From: Lingula anatina
Taxonomy: Eukaryota > Animalia > Brachiopoda
Direction: 5' to 3'
Assembly (NCBI GenBank): GCA_051362555.1
Contig: CM120644.1
Coordinates: forward strand, 256,954 to 320,953
Length of the DNA stretch: 64,000 nt
This document shows positions 39,565 through 51,862 of this stretch, in pieces (position 1 is the first letter of the stretch; every line of letters starts with the position of its first letter). Position numbers and translations under genes: made by a program. The notes beneath the pieces were generated by a model. The model was not told the DNA's origin. It saw only the letters and a program-made list of their open reading frames with translations, and made no database searches.

Positions 39565-40055
39565 CATATACTGTATATTATACACCATTATACACCGTCA
39601 CACCTGTACAAATTAATGGGGAACGGACTACAGTTCCTAGCGGACTACCCCGTTATTGTGGCGTTCGGAGCCTGCTCAAGGGTCCTAAATAATTTTTGGT
39701 GTTTTAGAGAGCAAACAGTGCCCTTTGGTACGGTTTGGAACTATGATTTAGCCAGCCAAAATTTTAGTTTCAAAAGGGGAATATTGGTGTGATATATTTT
39801 TACAGAAACCGAAGGGGGGGGACTTCAAACAGGTTTCATGCTTTAGGGTGAGTCCTTTACGTGGAATACATGTAATATCATTAATAATAATAATACAATT
39901 ACAATTTTGGAGATTGAAGTAATTTTAGCATATACTGATTTCCCAGGTGCGGTTCTGTCAAGTCAACTGAAAAGCTCCCCATCTCTCAATCTGAGTGAAT
40001 AGCCTATAAGTATATATAGACTATCGGAAAGCTTGGCCAGTTGGTGGCCGATTAA

Positions 40056-40498
40056 GGGTGCATTCCCAGAGATTTAGATCGATCCAGAGATTTAGATTTA
40101 GATCGACCTAACTCCCTGGGGGTTCACGCTAAATTGCAGTCAGCCGAGCGCGCACCATAGTTAAATACCCCCTTACAGCTTTTAGAAGGCGGGACAGACG
40201 CTTAAGCCGGCTAAGCTGACAGTTATCTAGTGAGACTCCCCACAGGGATAGATCGATCTAAAATCTACGGGAATGGGGTCTTAGACCCCATTCCCACAGA
40301 TTAGATCGATCCAAACTAGATCGACCTAACTCCCTGGGGGTTCACGCTAAATAGCTGTCAGCCGAGCGGACACGAAAGTTAATTACCCCCTTACAGCTTG
40401 TAGTAGGCGGGACGGACATTTAAGCCGGATTTACTGACAGTAATCTAGTGAGATACCCCACGGGGATAGATCGATCTAAAATCTATGGGAATACACCC
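40056..40498. mobile_element. Dimeric Harbinger-like MITE
   Basis: TIR gggtg(c/t)attccca.agattt(t)agatcgatc with TAA at 40053-40055 and 40499-40501; two ~220-bp internal units joined at the palindrome gggaatggggtcttagaccccattccc. Related core at ~37255-37345. Confidence 0.75.
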
Positions 40499-41742
40499 TA
40501 AGAAACAGCGTTTGCTTCGAAGTTTTATCAAGACATAAATGTAAAAGGAAAACTTTGTGGTAACTTTAAAAAAAGATCCTCTGCTAACTATTTTTAACAA
40601 AAAAAAAAGCAAATAAATATAAATATGCACGAATCTCGAACAGGTCACATGATAGGTCAGCTGACGAGGATTAGGAGGTCAAGTTCAGATGGGAGTTTGG
40701 TGGCGCTTATATTCTGCTGGAGGTTAGTTTTCAATTGTGTTTTTGTATGAAATAGATGTGGTATTTGATGAGTGGCATTATTAAAGACTTCTGCACCAGT
40801 AACCCCAACATTAACAATAACTAATGTTGCAGTGGAATGTATAGCGAGTATGAAATGTGAAGATTAAATGTTTATAACACGTTCACGTTATTTAAGTTGC
40901 AGTGTTGTTACTAATGACGCTCACGTTGCACTGCAGTCTTTCAACTGTAGTGTGCGGAAAAGAACATTAAATACGCAAAATTGACCACGCTTTTACTGTT
41001 ACGGAATCACTACATGCAATGATGCATTTTTGAGGATAAAAACGCTGCACGCTTTACAAAAAAAAAAAAAAAAAAAAAAAACACGACTCGAGCCGTATGT
41101 GGCTGAACAGAACAGGAACACTGATCTCTAAGAAGAAGTGCAACGCGGGCCAAAATTGCTACCCCTCCTTTATTTTCCAATAAAGACCTTGGTCCCAAAC
41201 GTCTGAGATCAGTTTCTTTCTTCCCGAAGAGGGAGAAGGGTAGAACTTGATTTGGGGCAAATTTTGTCAATTTAGACAAGCCATAAAACTGGGCATATTT
41301 TACCGCTTTGTAAGTAAAATACTAAAGGTTGGTGGCGGTGTGGAGCACTGTTATTCAAACATTAAAGGCCTTTTTACCTGATAATATAACGCTGAAAGTT
41401 TACGGACATAACGCCATCAAGTGACACTGTACAGCAAATTATCAAAAACAACTGTAAACAAGTAGGAAGAAAATGATGATAACTCTAATTTTATAAAAAA
41501 ATATTGTAAGTTCTACGGGCGCCCTCGTTAGCTATCCATTATCTCGTCCTATTTACACTATATCTTTCCTAAACTACGGTTTATATGTTTGTAACAAAAG
41601 CGATACTCATCCTGTGACATTGTGTGCATTTGGAGGCCTACCTGTATAACTGTGTATTGTATCTTTCAGGTGTCTCCTGGCGTTCAGTGCTGCACAAGAT
41701 ATAAATCAAGCGTTGTCGTTGTAGAAAGCTAACAACATCGCT

Positions 41743-43002
41743 ATGGAGGAGCAAGCTATTGGGAAAGTACCCTCACGAAGTATAAAAAACGACTCATGCA
41801 GTGCCGGAAAACTATGCAGAACAATGATCAGGTCCATAGCTATCTTTTTTGGGATATCCACGTTATTCATTCTTATAAAACTGTCGGATGTCTTCTCTTT
41901 AAAGCAGATACCTGTGCGTTACCCAATTCCTGCTGCAAAGGTTGTGACTAAGGAAAGCCAAACCACTACGTATTCCCATACAAAGGTCACCCGTGGCCCG
42001 CCCGGCAAGCCTAAGCTGATTCTGTCCTGGACCCCGGGACCCGGGTGGGACTACATGCACCTCAGAGACTACGCCAAGCCGGTCTTTAAATCCCTTGGCT
42101 GTAAAATAGACAACTGTATCTACACTGAGGATAAGTCTTTGGCTGATAAAAGCGACGCTATTGTTTTTATAGCCAGAAGTTTGGGAAGGAAACCTAAAAA
42201 ACTGCCTCACCAGCGCTGGGTGTGGGTGACGCACGAGAGCTCGTGTTACTCCGGGGAAGCTGGTGGTGCTTGGGCGGGAATGTTTAATTGGACGATGACA
42301 TTTCGGCGAGATTCCACAATTTTTACACCGTATCAGTTTGTTGTGGAGCGGGAAAAACCCCTTGCCAAGAATTTCACGGCAATAGCATTGAAGAAGACGA
42401 AGTTAGTGGCTTGGATGGTCAGTAACTGTCACACTAAGAGTAATCGAGAGAGGTACGTCGCAGAGTTGAAGAAGCACATCCCCGTTGATGTGTACGGTGG
42501 GTGTGGTCCGTTAAAATGTTCCAAACGGGACAACGAAAGATGCCTGGAGAACATTAACAGGGACTACAAATTTTACCTGTCCTTTGAGAATAGTATCTCA
42601 ACTGATTACGTCACAGAGAAATTTTGGAAAATGTTGGATCGTGACATAGTGACGGTAACGAGAGGTCCTGCCAATTATTCCAGGGTTGGAATAAAACCCG
42701 AATGGCACATCAACACAAACGACTTTAAATCTCCAAAAGATTTAGCAGCCTACCTGAAATATTTAGACAAAAACGTGACGGCTTATGTTCAATATTTAGA
42801 GTGGAAGAATCAGTACACCACAGGGAACCGACTGAAGGCGTACTGCGACCTCTGCGCCAAGTTAAACGACCCCAGTGAGCCAGTCACGTGGTTCCGGCCA
42901 GGGACGCTGGCCAACTGGTTTAACAAGGGTCACTGTATAGCACCCAAAGACTTGAATTTTAAACGTAGAAAAAGACGCCAAACAGACACTTTTATATATT
43001 AA
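41743..43002 (+). CDS. Alpha-1,3/4-fucosyltransferase (GT10), paralog 1, single coding exon
   Basis: 419 aa; type II TM near the N-terminus; SDAIVF, FNWTMTFRRDS, VAWMVSNC, VDVYGGCG, YKFYLSFENSISTDYVTEKFW. A splice acceptor at ~41669 implies an upstream UTR exon. Confidence 0.95.
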   Translation: MEEQAIGKVPSRSIKNDSCSAGKLCRTMIRSIAIFFGISTLFILIKLSDVFSLKQIPVRYPIPAAKVVTKESQTTTYSHTKVTRGPPGKPKLILSWTPGPGWDYMHLRDYAKPVFKSLGCKIDNCIYTEDKSLADKSDAIVFIARSLGRKPKKLPHQRWVWVTHESSCYSGEAGGAWAGMFNWTMTFRRDSTIFTPYQFVVEREKPLAKNFTAIALKKTKLVAWMVSNCHTKSNRERYVAELKKHIPVDVYGGCGPLKCSKRDNERCLENINRDYKFYLSFENSISTDYVTEKFWKMLDRDIVTVTRGPANYSRVGIKPEWHINTNDFKSPKDLAAYLKYLDKNVTAYVQYLEWKNQYTTGNRLKAYCDLCAKLNDPSEPVTWFRPGTLANWFNKGHCIAPKDLNFKRRKRRQTDTFIY

Positions 43003-43321
43003 GATGGACATGGGGTGCTTTTTTTTTAACATGCTAAGTCAATTGTTTAGACTGCAGTCAAGGGACGTGTTTGAGTAGTTTTAGATATTTTCCCGGTGAT
43101 TAAATCATGCTACACAATTTTAAGAATTTAATCGGCGTACGAAGATAAATGATGTAATGCTACTGATACAGTTTTAGATTGGTGATTAAAAATTACAATA
43201 TTATTTATTTAAAGCCTAGTTCTATTTTTACAACCAACTCCTGTACTTGTATGCAAAGTAGGGTCAGCCGGCTGTCCGCTAAGTGGCAAGTTGAATGTCA
43301 TGCCATGTTCTGCCGTCTTAA

Positions 43322-43672
43322 AGGGACAATAACTCTTTGTTTTGGCCAAAAAATGAATTAAACAATTTTCCCATATTTAGCAATGAATAATGAATCCATT
43401 TTTACACTCCAAGTTAGTCCCTGTTTTTATTATTATTATTATTTTTTTTTTAATATATAAAAAGTTTGTTTTTTTTTTTTAATTTTGTTATAATCCCTTA
43501 AGAGATTATAAGAGAGTAAAGCCATCAATGGAGGTCACGTGGTCTAAAGACAAGCTCAGATATCAGAATAATACCTATAACTATAATAATAGCTATAATT
43601 ATATTTCTGTGAGTTGTTCACAATGTTTTTTTATTGTGAAATATAGACCTCATACGAAGAGTTATTATCCCT
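43322..43672. mobile_element. TTAA-flanked MITE (Kolobok-like)
   Basis: TIR aggga(c/t)aataactctt at both ends; TTAA at 43318-43321 and 43673-43676. Confidence 0.7.
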
Positions 43673-44220
43673 TTAAGTTTTATGGAGACTTGTTTTCAGT
43701 CATGAGGAATGTAGCCCAAGAAGCCAGCAGTCATAATCTGCTGTCCGCCCCTCGTGTAAAACACATACTAAACGAAAGTTAACAGGAAAAAACCATTGCA
43801 GAATTTCCCTGTCAAAAGAGACGGCTCTTTATTTGTTTATTAATAATGTAATTTTTAACAGAGTAACGCACACAATATCTTGCAACATAGGTGAAGCATA
43901 TTCCATGATATTTTATACATCATATTCTTCGAAGCATTTTGGTACATGACACCATTTACCTTCAGGCGACACAAAGCATACGAGATGTGTGTGTAGGTAC
44001 GTGAAAGATAACATGGTGATGGTTGATTTAACCCGTACAAATTACAAGGTACCCGAAGGCATTATTTTTGGACATTATTATTATTTCTTAAATCAAAATT
44101 TAAAAATTCTACCTTGAGTATGCTTTCGTTGGGGCGGCGTTTATGAGTCCCTATGAGTGGACTTTGTTTTAAGTTGCTCTCTCCTTTATTTCAGTTGACA
44201 TGCCTGCACTGCAAATGTAC

Positions 44221-44370
44221 TGGAAGTTCCGGTAGACGGGGACTGGACATTTCCGGTAGACAGGGTTGGACATTTCCGGTAGACGGGGCCTGGACATTTC
44301 CGGTAGACGGGGCCTGGACATTTCTGGTAGACGGGGCCTGGACATTCCGGTAGACGGGGACTGAACATTT
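44221..44370. repeat. 24-bp GC-rich tandem repeat (~6 copies)
   Basis: Unit tggacatttccggtagacggggcc, ~290 bp upstream of fucosyltransferase 2. Confidence 0.85.
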
Positions 44371-44654
44371 TTCAGATATGTCACATGCACAGTTAAGACT
44401 CTTAGGAAGTAATATCAGTATTCCGTAACAACGTTCACTCTATGGACAAGGACGACGTAAAGACAATCTCAGTTATTCAATCACACATGTAGCACATAGT
44501 GGCGGGTTTTAAAGAAACAAGACACTTATAACTGGGGGATTGAACTGCTTCTTGCCGTGTGTTCAGTTGTCCTATGTAACATTTTGTACTTGGTGTGAAT
44601 ACAATGCCTGTTTCCTGTGAGGCAATCTGTGGGTGACCCAAGTATTGAGGACAA

Positions 44655-46052
44655 ATGGAAAAGGAAGCAGGAATTAGGGTCGACACCACAAGAGGGCTGT
44701 CTCACCCCGTTAACACGTGTAAGGCTTCACTGCTATATGTGATTATTTTCCTCTCTGTGGGTTCATTGCTGATGTATTTTATAACTACGGATTTGCATTC
44801 AAAGAGGAACGTCTATTTACAGCCGGTAAAATGGACTGTCAACTTCCCTAAATTAACTACTGCTTACAACAAACCTTCACAAAACAGCACATCGTATTCC
44901 AGTGAAGATCGGAAAAAAGAACCTAAACCAAAAATACCCACGAACCAAAAGAACCAAGCCAAGGCCGGCGTGATTGAGGAACAGTTGAATCAAACCGATC
45001 TGCATGGAACAGAAAAACCAAAAATAAACTCTATGCAGACGACTTCGCCTGTTTCCGGTAAACCCAAACTTGTCCTGTCTTGGACTCCAGTGCCGGGCAT
45101 GGACTATATGACACTTAGAACTTATAAAAAACCGGAGTTTAAGAGCTTGGGCTGCCCAATCAGTAACTGTATCTACACTGAGGATAAGTCTTTGGCTGAT
45201 AAAAGCGACGCTATTGTTTTTATAGCCAGAAGTTTGGGAAAGAAACCTAAAAAACTGCCTCACCAGCGCTGGGTGTGGGTGACGCACGAGAGCTCGTGTA
45301 ACTCCGGCGAAAATGGCGGAGTTTGGGAGGGAATGTTTAATTGGACAATGACATTTCGGAGGGATTCGGATATTTTTGCACCATGGTTTTTTCTAAAAAA
45401 ACGGGACAAACCTTTGATCAAAAACTTTACGGAAATCACATTGAAGAAAACCAAAATGGTGGCTTGGTTTGTCAGTAATTGTAATACTCAGAGCAGACGA
45501 GAGGATTACGTCAGAGAGTTGCAGAAGTACATCAAAGTGGATATTTACGGAAATTGTGGTCCTTTAAAATGCTCAAAGAGAGAAAATGAAAAATGTGAAG
45601 CTAAAATGAAAAAAGAATACAAATTTTACCTCTCATTCGAAAATAGCATCTCGACGGACTACATATCAGACAAATTTTGGAAAACCGCAGGACAGAACAT
45701 TGTACCCATAACGCGCGGAAGTCCGGCAAATTACTCCAGAGTAGGAATACAACCAAGTTGGCACATTTCCACAAATGACTTCAAGTCACCGAAGGACCTG
45801 GCACATTATCTTCATTATCTAGCTAATAATGTCACGGCTTATGTAAAATACTTGGAGTGGAAAAGTGTTTACGATGTAGATTTACGTCTTAAGTCGTATT
45901 GCGAACTGTGTGCAAAGCTGAACGATCCCAGCGAACCGGTCACTTGGTACGCCAAGGGGAAGCTGGCAGAATGGTTCAATAAAGGACACTGTTTGCCCCC
46001 AAGTGATTTGAACTTTAAAGGAAACACGGATAGGAAAACTAGGAAAAGATAG
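44655..46052 (+). CDS. Alpha-1,3/4-fucosyltransferase (GT10), paralog 2, single coding exon
   Basis: 465 aa; TM LLYVIIFLSVGSLLMYFI, longer stem; FNWTMTFRRDSDI, VAWFVSNC, YKFYLSFENSISTDYISDKFW. Confidence 0.95.
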   Translation: MEKEAGIRVDTTRGLSHPVNTCKASLLYVIIFLSVGSLLMYFITTDLHSKRNVYLQPVKWTVNFPKLTTAYNKPSQNSTSYSSEDRKKEPKPKIPTNQKNQAKAGVIEEQLNQTDLHGTEKPKINSMQTTSPVSGKPKLVLSWTPVPGMDYMTLRTYKKPEFKSLGCPISNCIYTEDKSLADKSDAIVFIARSLGKKPKKLPHQRWVWVTHESSCNSGENGGVWEGMFNWTMTFRRDSDIFAPWFFLKKRDKPLIKNFTEITLKKTKMVAWFVSNCNTQSRREDYVRELQKYIKVDIYGNCGPLKCSKRENEKCEAKMKKEYKFYLSFENSISTDYISDKFWKTAGQNIVPITRGSPANYSRVGIQPSWHISTNDFKSPKDLAHYLHYLANNVTAYVKYLEWKSVYDVDLRLKSYCELCAKLNDPSEPVTWYAKGKLAEWFNKGHCLPPSDLNFKGNTDRKTRKR

Positions 46053-49000
46053 GCAAGCATAAACATTGAATTAGAAAAAAACAAGGAATGAAACTATAAC
46101 TAGGCAGCAAATCTGTCAACTGTACAGACAAAAAGTATAACATAATAGGGTTATTTTGTCAATTGTGATGCAATCAAACATTATGCTTAAGAGCAAAATT
46201 AACTTCAGATTTTAATTTTGCAAAAGAAGTAACACGGATATCAGAAATATGTAACTGACACAAGACTTCAGGGCCATGAGAGTTCCTGTTTACACATTGA
46301 AAATTTCGGAATAAAAAAATTGCAAAAATTCAAGAAAATAAAATCCAATTAAGCTGATTTTCTAATTTGAGCTGTATATTAAACCTAAGAATCATCTTTG
46401 TGAGTTACAAAATAATAAGTTAAATGGTTTTCATTTCATAGCATTTGTGGTGGCAGTCCACAGAATAGTTTTTTTATGCAATTTTACATGATAAAGAGCA
46501 TAATCACCAATAGTTTTCAATCATCTTCTAAGCATAACATGTGGCTGTTACATTCAAATAATGTACTCGATAACTATCTTGTGGCTTCATGCGTTGAGTT
46601 TCAACATTCCACACTGAAAATGCCAATATGTGAAAAAAGAAAATCTTGCAAAGAAACTGCACATCTTCCAGAAAAAGAACCCAATGAGTTTTCCAACTCT
46701 TGCTGTATCTTAGTCCAACGAATCGTTTTGTTAGTTTGACAATCATAAAAAGCAAATATTTCTAAAATTGTGTGAAAATAACACCAATAACAATGTGAAA
46801 AATCAGAATCAACCACACTAAGAGACAACCCAACAGAATTCCTAAGTGCCCATGCACATCCCTGATTATTATTCTATTTAATACCGAAATATCCTCATTG
46901 TTAGGAGTGGTATAGGAGAAGATAGCAATTATTATGTGTAAAGAATTAAGCATCAACAACCCCAGTGGTTGCACTGAAAATCAATTTAGTTATTTGTGGG
47001 TCCATCATCTACTTGCAAAAAATATTTGAAACGAAAATCCCTAAAGTTTTGGCCGCTATCACTGGTCAAAAATGAACCACAAATAAACGCACTCACTCAC
47101 CAATGGGTAAATAAGCAGAGCAAGAGATTTATGAATTTTTTCTAGTAAAATTGCATTTTGTAAAGATGAAACAGAAAGGTAACAATTATATATTAAATAT
47201 CACTTCACTCGGGATCTTTTTAACAGTAACTAACCACATTTGGACAGGCTTTAATATAATTTAATAGGGCACAGAGATGAAAGTGTCACTTGGTCTCCTC
47301 TTCAAGTGGAGGTACCGCAGACGCCGAGGGAGGGGCAGGTGCCCGTCGTTTTTTCCTTGGAATCCTCTTAAATTCAAAACGTGATAGATTACATTGATTC
47401 AAGTAATCCACGTAGAATATACTACAGCTAGTCGCACTGTCAACACACAGGTCCCCCGGCGCCCTACATGTAGTTTGAGTCCTACTACAGTGTTTATTAA
47501 TAAATATATTTCAACCCTTGCAGCACAGCAGACCTCCTCAACACGTACACGTGTATATCTAGGTCAAACTGCCTGCCAGTATTGCAATACAAATAACACA
47601 TTCTCATGAAGCTAATTTTACCGGTATTGAACATCTCAAAATGCGTTTCCCCGTTCTAATACACGATGTCAACGCATGTGAACGTTAACGTCCCACGACA
47701 GTGGCGACCTCAATTGAGGGGATGTGTCACTAAACAGCCGACTAAATGCGGTTGTCGTCGCCAAAAATCTGACTACTGCAGCTGTAGATCTGTTATGTTG
47801 AGATCTAAATACTAGTTGTTACATGCAACAAAACCAGTGTTTTGAAAACATAATTGATGTTGCCTCTTCTACAATGTTGACGGAGGTTTGTACGAAGAAA
47901 ATTAAAAAAAGGGAACGAGCGCGTAAACTGGATAACCAACCAGCCAGGAAAAAGCTATTTTGGATGAGTTCCAGTTGATATAGAGCTGTATATGAAGTCA
48001 ATTTTTTGCCACAAAACCAACCGAATGCCAGCATATAGTTTCAAATAGAATAACTAATTAAGAGACTTTCCAAAAGACATTGCTTAAATTACCCGAAAAT
48101 GATATTTGAACGGTTTTTCTGCTAGCTTTTTGTGCTGTATATACATGGGGCAGAAAAGGAGGTCACATAAGTGGATTAAATTTCTGACCAAAATTATAGA
48201 AGAGGGCAGTCTAAAGTTTTTTTGTAGCTGATCCAGTGATTTATTCAGTTTATCCCTCGGCATGTCGACTTTATTTGAGTTGTATAAGAAACTAGTAGAA
48301 GTGGTTTATATCTGCGAGGAGTTATAACTGTTATAACTCCTTGATATGTGTTACTGGGAATCCGCGCTCTTCTGATGCTTGGTTCATATGTACCTTAATT
48401 TTAAGTTTCCTACTGACCTCCCCTTCTCCGCCTTCTATGACGATAGACACAAATGGCCCAGTTTGTTTATTTTAACGATATAGTTTAACGCCATGAGGTC
48501 AAGGTGACGGTTCTGCTCTAATCTGTTTACCCAAGTTAACAGGGCTGCCCTATCGACTGGGAGATTTACGTATAAAGTAAGTTGTATTTTTAACAATATA
48601 TATTCTGTCACGTTAAGTAGTTGGCTGATTTCAGTTCTGGTGACAGTATACATACATGTATCCGCGTGCTCTAAATAACAAACTCTTCAGCATATCTAGT
48701 TACCGGGACATACCATGTACAATGTACCAGCCATACACATTGGGATTCACTATTCACAGACATATTTCTGATAATTCTATGCATATTTCTGTACTGTTAG
48801 TATGTTATCATTAAGTTGACTTCATCACTGAGCTGGCATCTGATAGAGATATGTAACGTGACAGAGAGTTCCCCATAACAGAGAGTCCGTTTCTCATTCA
48901 TTTGTACAGGTGAGCCTCGTCCTAGATTTTGACCCACTTAGCTCAGACTAACCCTAACCATTATAACTATATGGAGGGCGGACTTTCTGTTACACGGACC

Positions 49001-49320
49001 CTCAGTTTCGTTACACCGGCTGACATGGCACCATTCCGTCCATAAAATAATGATACAAAGCAGCAGTGGGGTGCACTCCTCATGCTGAAAGTCTATAGAC
49101 CAGCTGGTATATGACACTTAGCTTTCTCATATTACAATGATATAAAGCAGCAGTGGGGTGTCCTCCTCATGCTGTTGGTCCAGGCATACGTCTGGGATGC
49201 CATGACATCAGAGCCTCCATGTACTAGTACACCATCATCAACAATATTTTCTGATCTGCATTTTTATTGTAATTAATATTTTATTGCATATTTCAATTCA
49301 TGTGCAATCCAGAGTCAGCT

Positions 49321-49611
49321 ATGAGTGCAGGTTTAAGTTTCGCACACAGACCACTAACCCACCGCTTAGATGCCCGGATATTGCCCGACTACCTGGATGA
49401 GAGAGTGGCCGAGCACCCTGACAGGGAGGCGATCGTCTTCTACACAGGACCAGGACAGAGAGCAGCACTTTCCTACAGACAGGTGCACAGACGGTCTCTT
49501 CAGTGTGCGGCAGGTAGGACACACAAGTGTAGCTTAGAACACTAGAAACGCGCCCAGAGAACGCAGACATCCGCCAAAGTAAATCATTAACTAATAAGTA
49601 ACCGTAAACCA

Positions 49612-49649
<38 letters not shown>

Positions 49650-51717
49650 GATACAAAGATGATTTTAAAGGTTATTTAATTTAGGAGTGAAATTGCACAG
49701 TATAGAACATGATAATTAGTCACAAGAATATCTTTACGTTATTAAAGCCTCGCCAATTATCTGCTCTATTTCGCGTAAAGCTCAGCGCCTCGTACTTTAT
49801 CTATACCATAAAATGGAACTTGAATATCAGAAAGAACAATTTCAAAGTTTCATTCGAACGTACTAGTACATATTGCTTTTTTAAAATGTCTTACGGCAGT
49901 GTAAACATGATATTTCTATTTCTATACCTATCCCTTCATGTACAGACAATTTTTTTATGTGTCTATTAGAAGAGGCCGTGTATAGCAGGATGTGTCTTTC
50001 TGTTTCAGGTCTCTTAGAACTGGGTCTGGTGCTGGGAGATCGTGTTGTTATCACTGCCCCAAACTGTCTTTTTCAAGTGTATAGCAGGGTGTGTCTTTCT
50101 GTTTCAGGTCTCTTAGAACTGGGTCTGGTGAAGGGAGATCGTGTCGTTATCACTGCCCCAAACTGTCTTTTACAAGTGTATAGCAGGGCGTGTCTTTCTG
50201 TTTCAGGTCTCTTAGAACTGGGTCTGGCGCTGGGAGATCGTGTCGTTATCACTGCCCCAAACTGTCTCGAGTACCTGGACGTACTGCTAGGGTGCTCCAG
50301 AGTGGGCGTCTGTCTTATCCTTATTAAGTCTGGCTCGACTCCCGAGGAACTAATGGCCTTGGTGGACAAGTACAAAGTCAAGGTCGTTATCATCCATTCA
50401 GGTGGAGACACCAGCTTTGCCACCATCGTCGTGGGCAAGTGCAATGACTTCAATCATCCAATTGAGCGTGTGAAAGTAGTCTGTGTTGATTTCCATGAGG
50501 ATGCCTCGTTTTGTACCACGTATTCCACCATGCTCGGCAAGGACCTGTCAGAGATACAGACTGCTGTCGTCTTTGCCGCCCAACAAAAGGTTCAGATGGA
50601 GGACCCTCTACTTGCCTTGTTAACATCTGGTAGCACGGGGCCACCCAAAGCTTGCCTCTTCAATCACTTCCAGTTCATCCGAGTGTCCCTAAACAACATA
50701 GCGGCAGGGTCGGTTCCTGACGGTGCTCGCTTTTTCAATGATCGTCCGTTTTCCTGGAAGGTGGGCGTGGCTGCCGGGCTGAACTTTATCCCTGTTCGAG
50801 GAATCACCCTGGTTTCCCAGCCCAGTGCTGTGTCCGTGACTAGAGGTGATCTTGAAACTTCCTTCCGGATCATGCGCACTGAAAGATGCACGCACGCGGT
50901 GATTATGCCGTACATGCTGTATGACCTCAGCCTGGCAAAGCCGTCCACAGGGCCGGAACTACCGCCATTGCTGTACGGCCTCACCACCGGGCAGGTTACT
51001 CAAACAGATGTTATAAAAAGCTGCGTGGAGAAATACCCGGGTCTAATTATTCTAAATATTTATGGAGCAACTGAGATCGACGGGTGGCCTTCAGAAGAGT
51101 ACGCGGCAGACAACACAGAGAGTGGCGCCCTCGGGTGGTTTAAAATCCAGGAGGGGGTCGCGGTCAAGGTTGTCGACGACGAAGGCCGGATGGTACCCAG
51201 GGGGGAGCGAGGGGAGCTTTACGTTCGTGGACCAGCGGTCTTTGAGGGGTATCTGGATGACGAAAACCTCACGGCTAACGCTCTCACGCCATTGAGGTGG
51301 TTTAAAACCGGAGACCTTGCCGTTATGAACGACCTTGACCACATCCGGATACTGGGTAGGAAATCGTTTGCAATAAAAAGGGCAACCGTGTATGTGAATC
51401 CAGCGGATGTGGAGAGCGTTCTCTCAGAGAATCCTCTAATTTCTCAGGTGGCAGTTGTTGGGGTCCCTGACCCCAGACTGCACGAGGAACTCTGCGCGTG
51501 TATTATTCCTAGCAACGACCCGGAAACGGAAAGTGAAGAGGTCATACTGAAGGAGATTCGTGATTGGTGTAGAAAGCAGTTCCTTCCCGGCCCAGACGGA
51601 CTTACTCTGGCTCCGAGATATTTTTTTCTGTTCTCGGCGTTTCCGTTGTCACACTCTGGAAAAACGCAGCATCAAGAACTAAGAAAATTGGCCATTGAGA
51701 AACTTGGTTTATCATGA
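49321..51717 (+). CDS. AMP-dependent acyl-CoA synthetase (ACSF2-like / ANL superfamily), 2 coding exons
   Basis: Exon 1 at 49321-49513 (MSAGLSFAH..PDREAIVF..SYRQV) with a phase-1 donor; exon 2 at 50207-51717 (alternative acceptors 50009, 50108). Motifs GDRV, LLTSGSTGPPK, YGATE, GELYVRGP..GYL, WFKTGDL, SGK. Confidence 0.9.
49978..50267 (+). repeat. 99-bp in-frame repeat x3 of the acyl-CoA synthetase exon-2 acceptor
   Basis: gtgtatagcagg..gtgtctttctgtttcag|gtctcttagaactgggtctgg...ccccaaactgtct; exon starts at 50009, 50108, 50207. Confidence 0.92.
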
Positions 51718-51862
51718 CCTGAACTCCAAATGAAAGACATGTTTTACGCAAAGCCAAATGATCATTTAAAAAGTAGTATTATCAGCAGGAGCTCAAGTAT
51801 GCTTTTTGGATACATTGATATGTTAATTGTTCCTCATCCTTTTAGATACATTTTTGTGTTAA

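Noticed and set aside
49049-49175. Short duplication aatgata.aaagcagcagtggggtg..ctcctcatgctg
   Set aside because: Two copies upstream of the synthetase ATG with no evident link to a junction or function.
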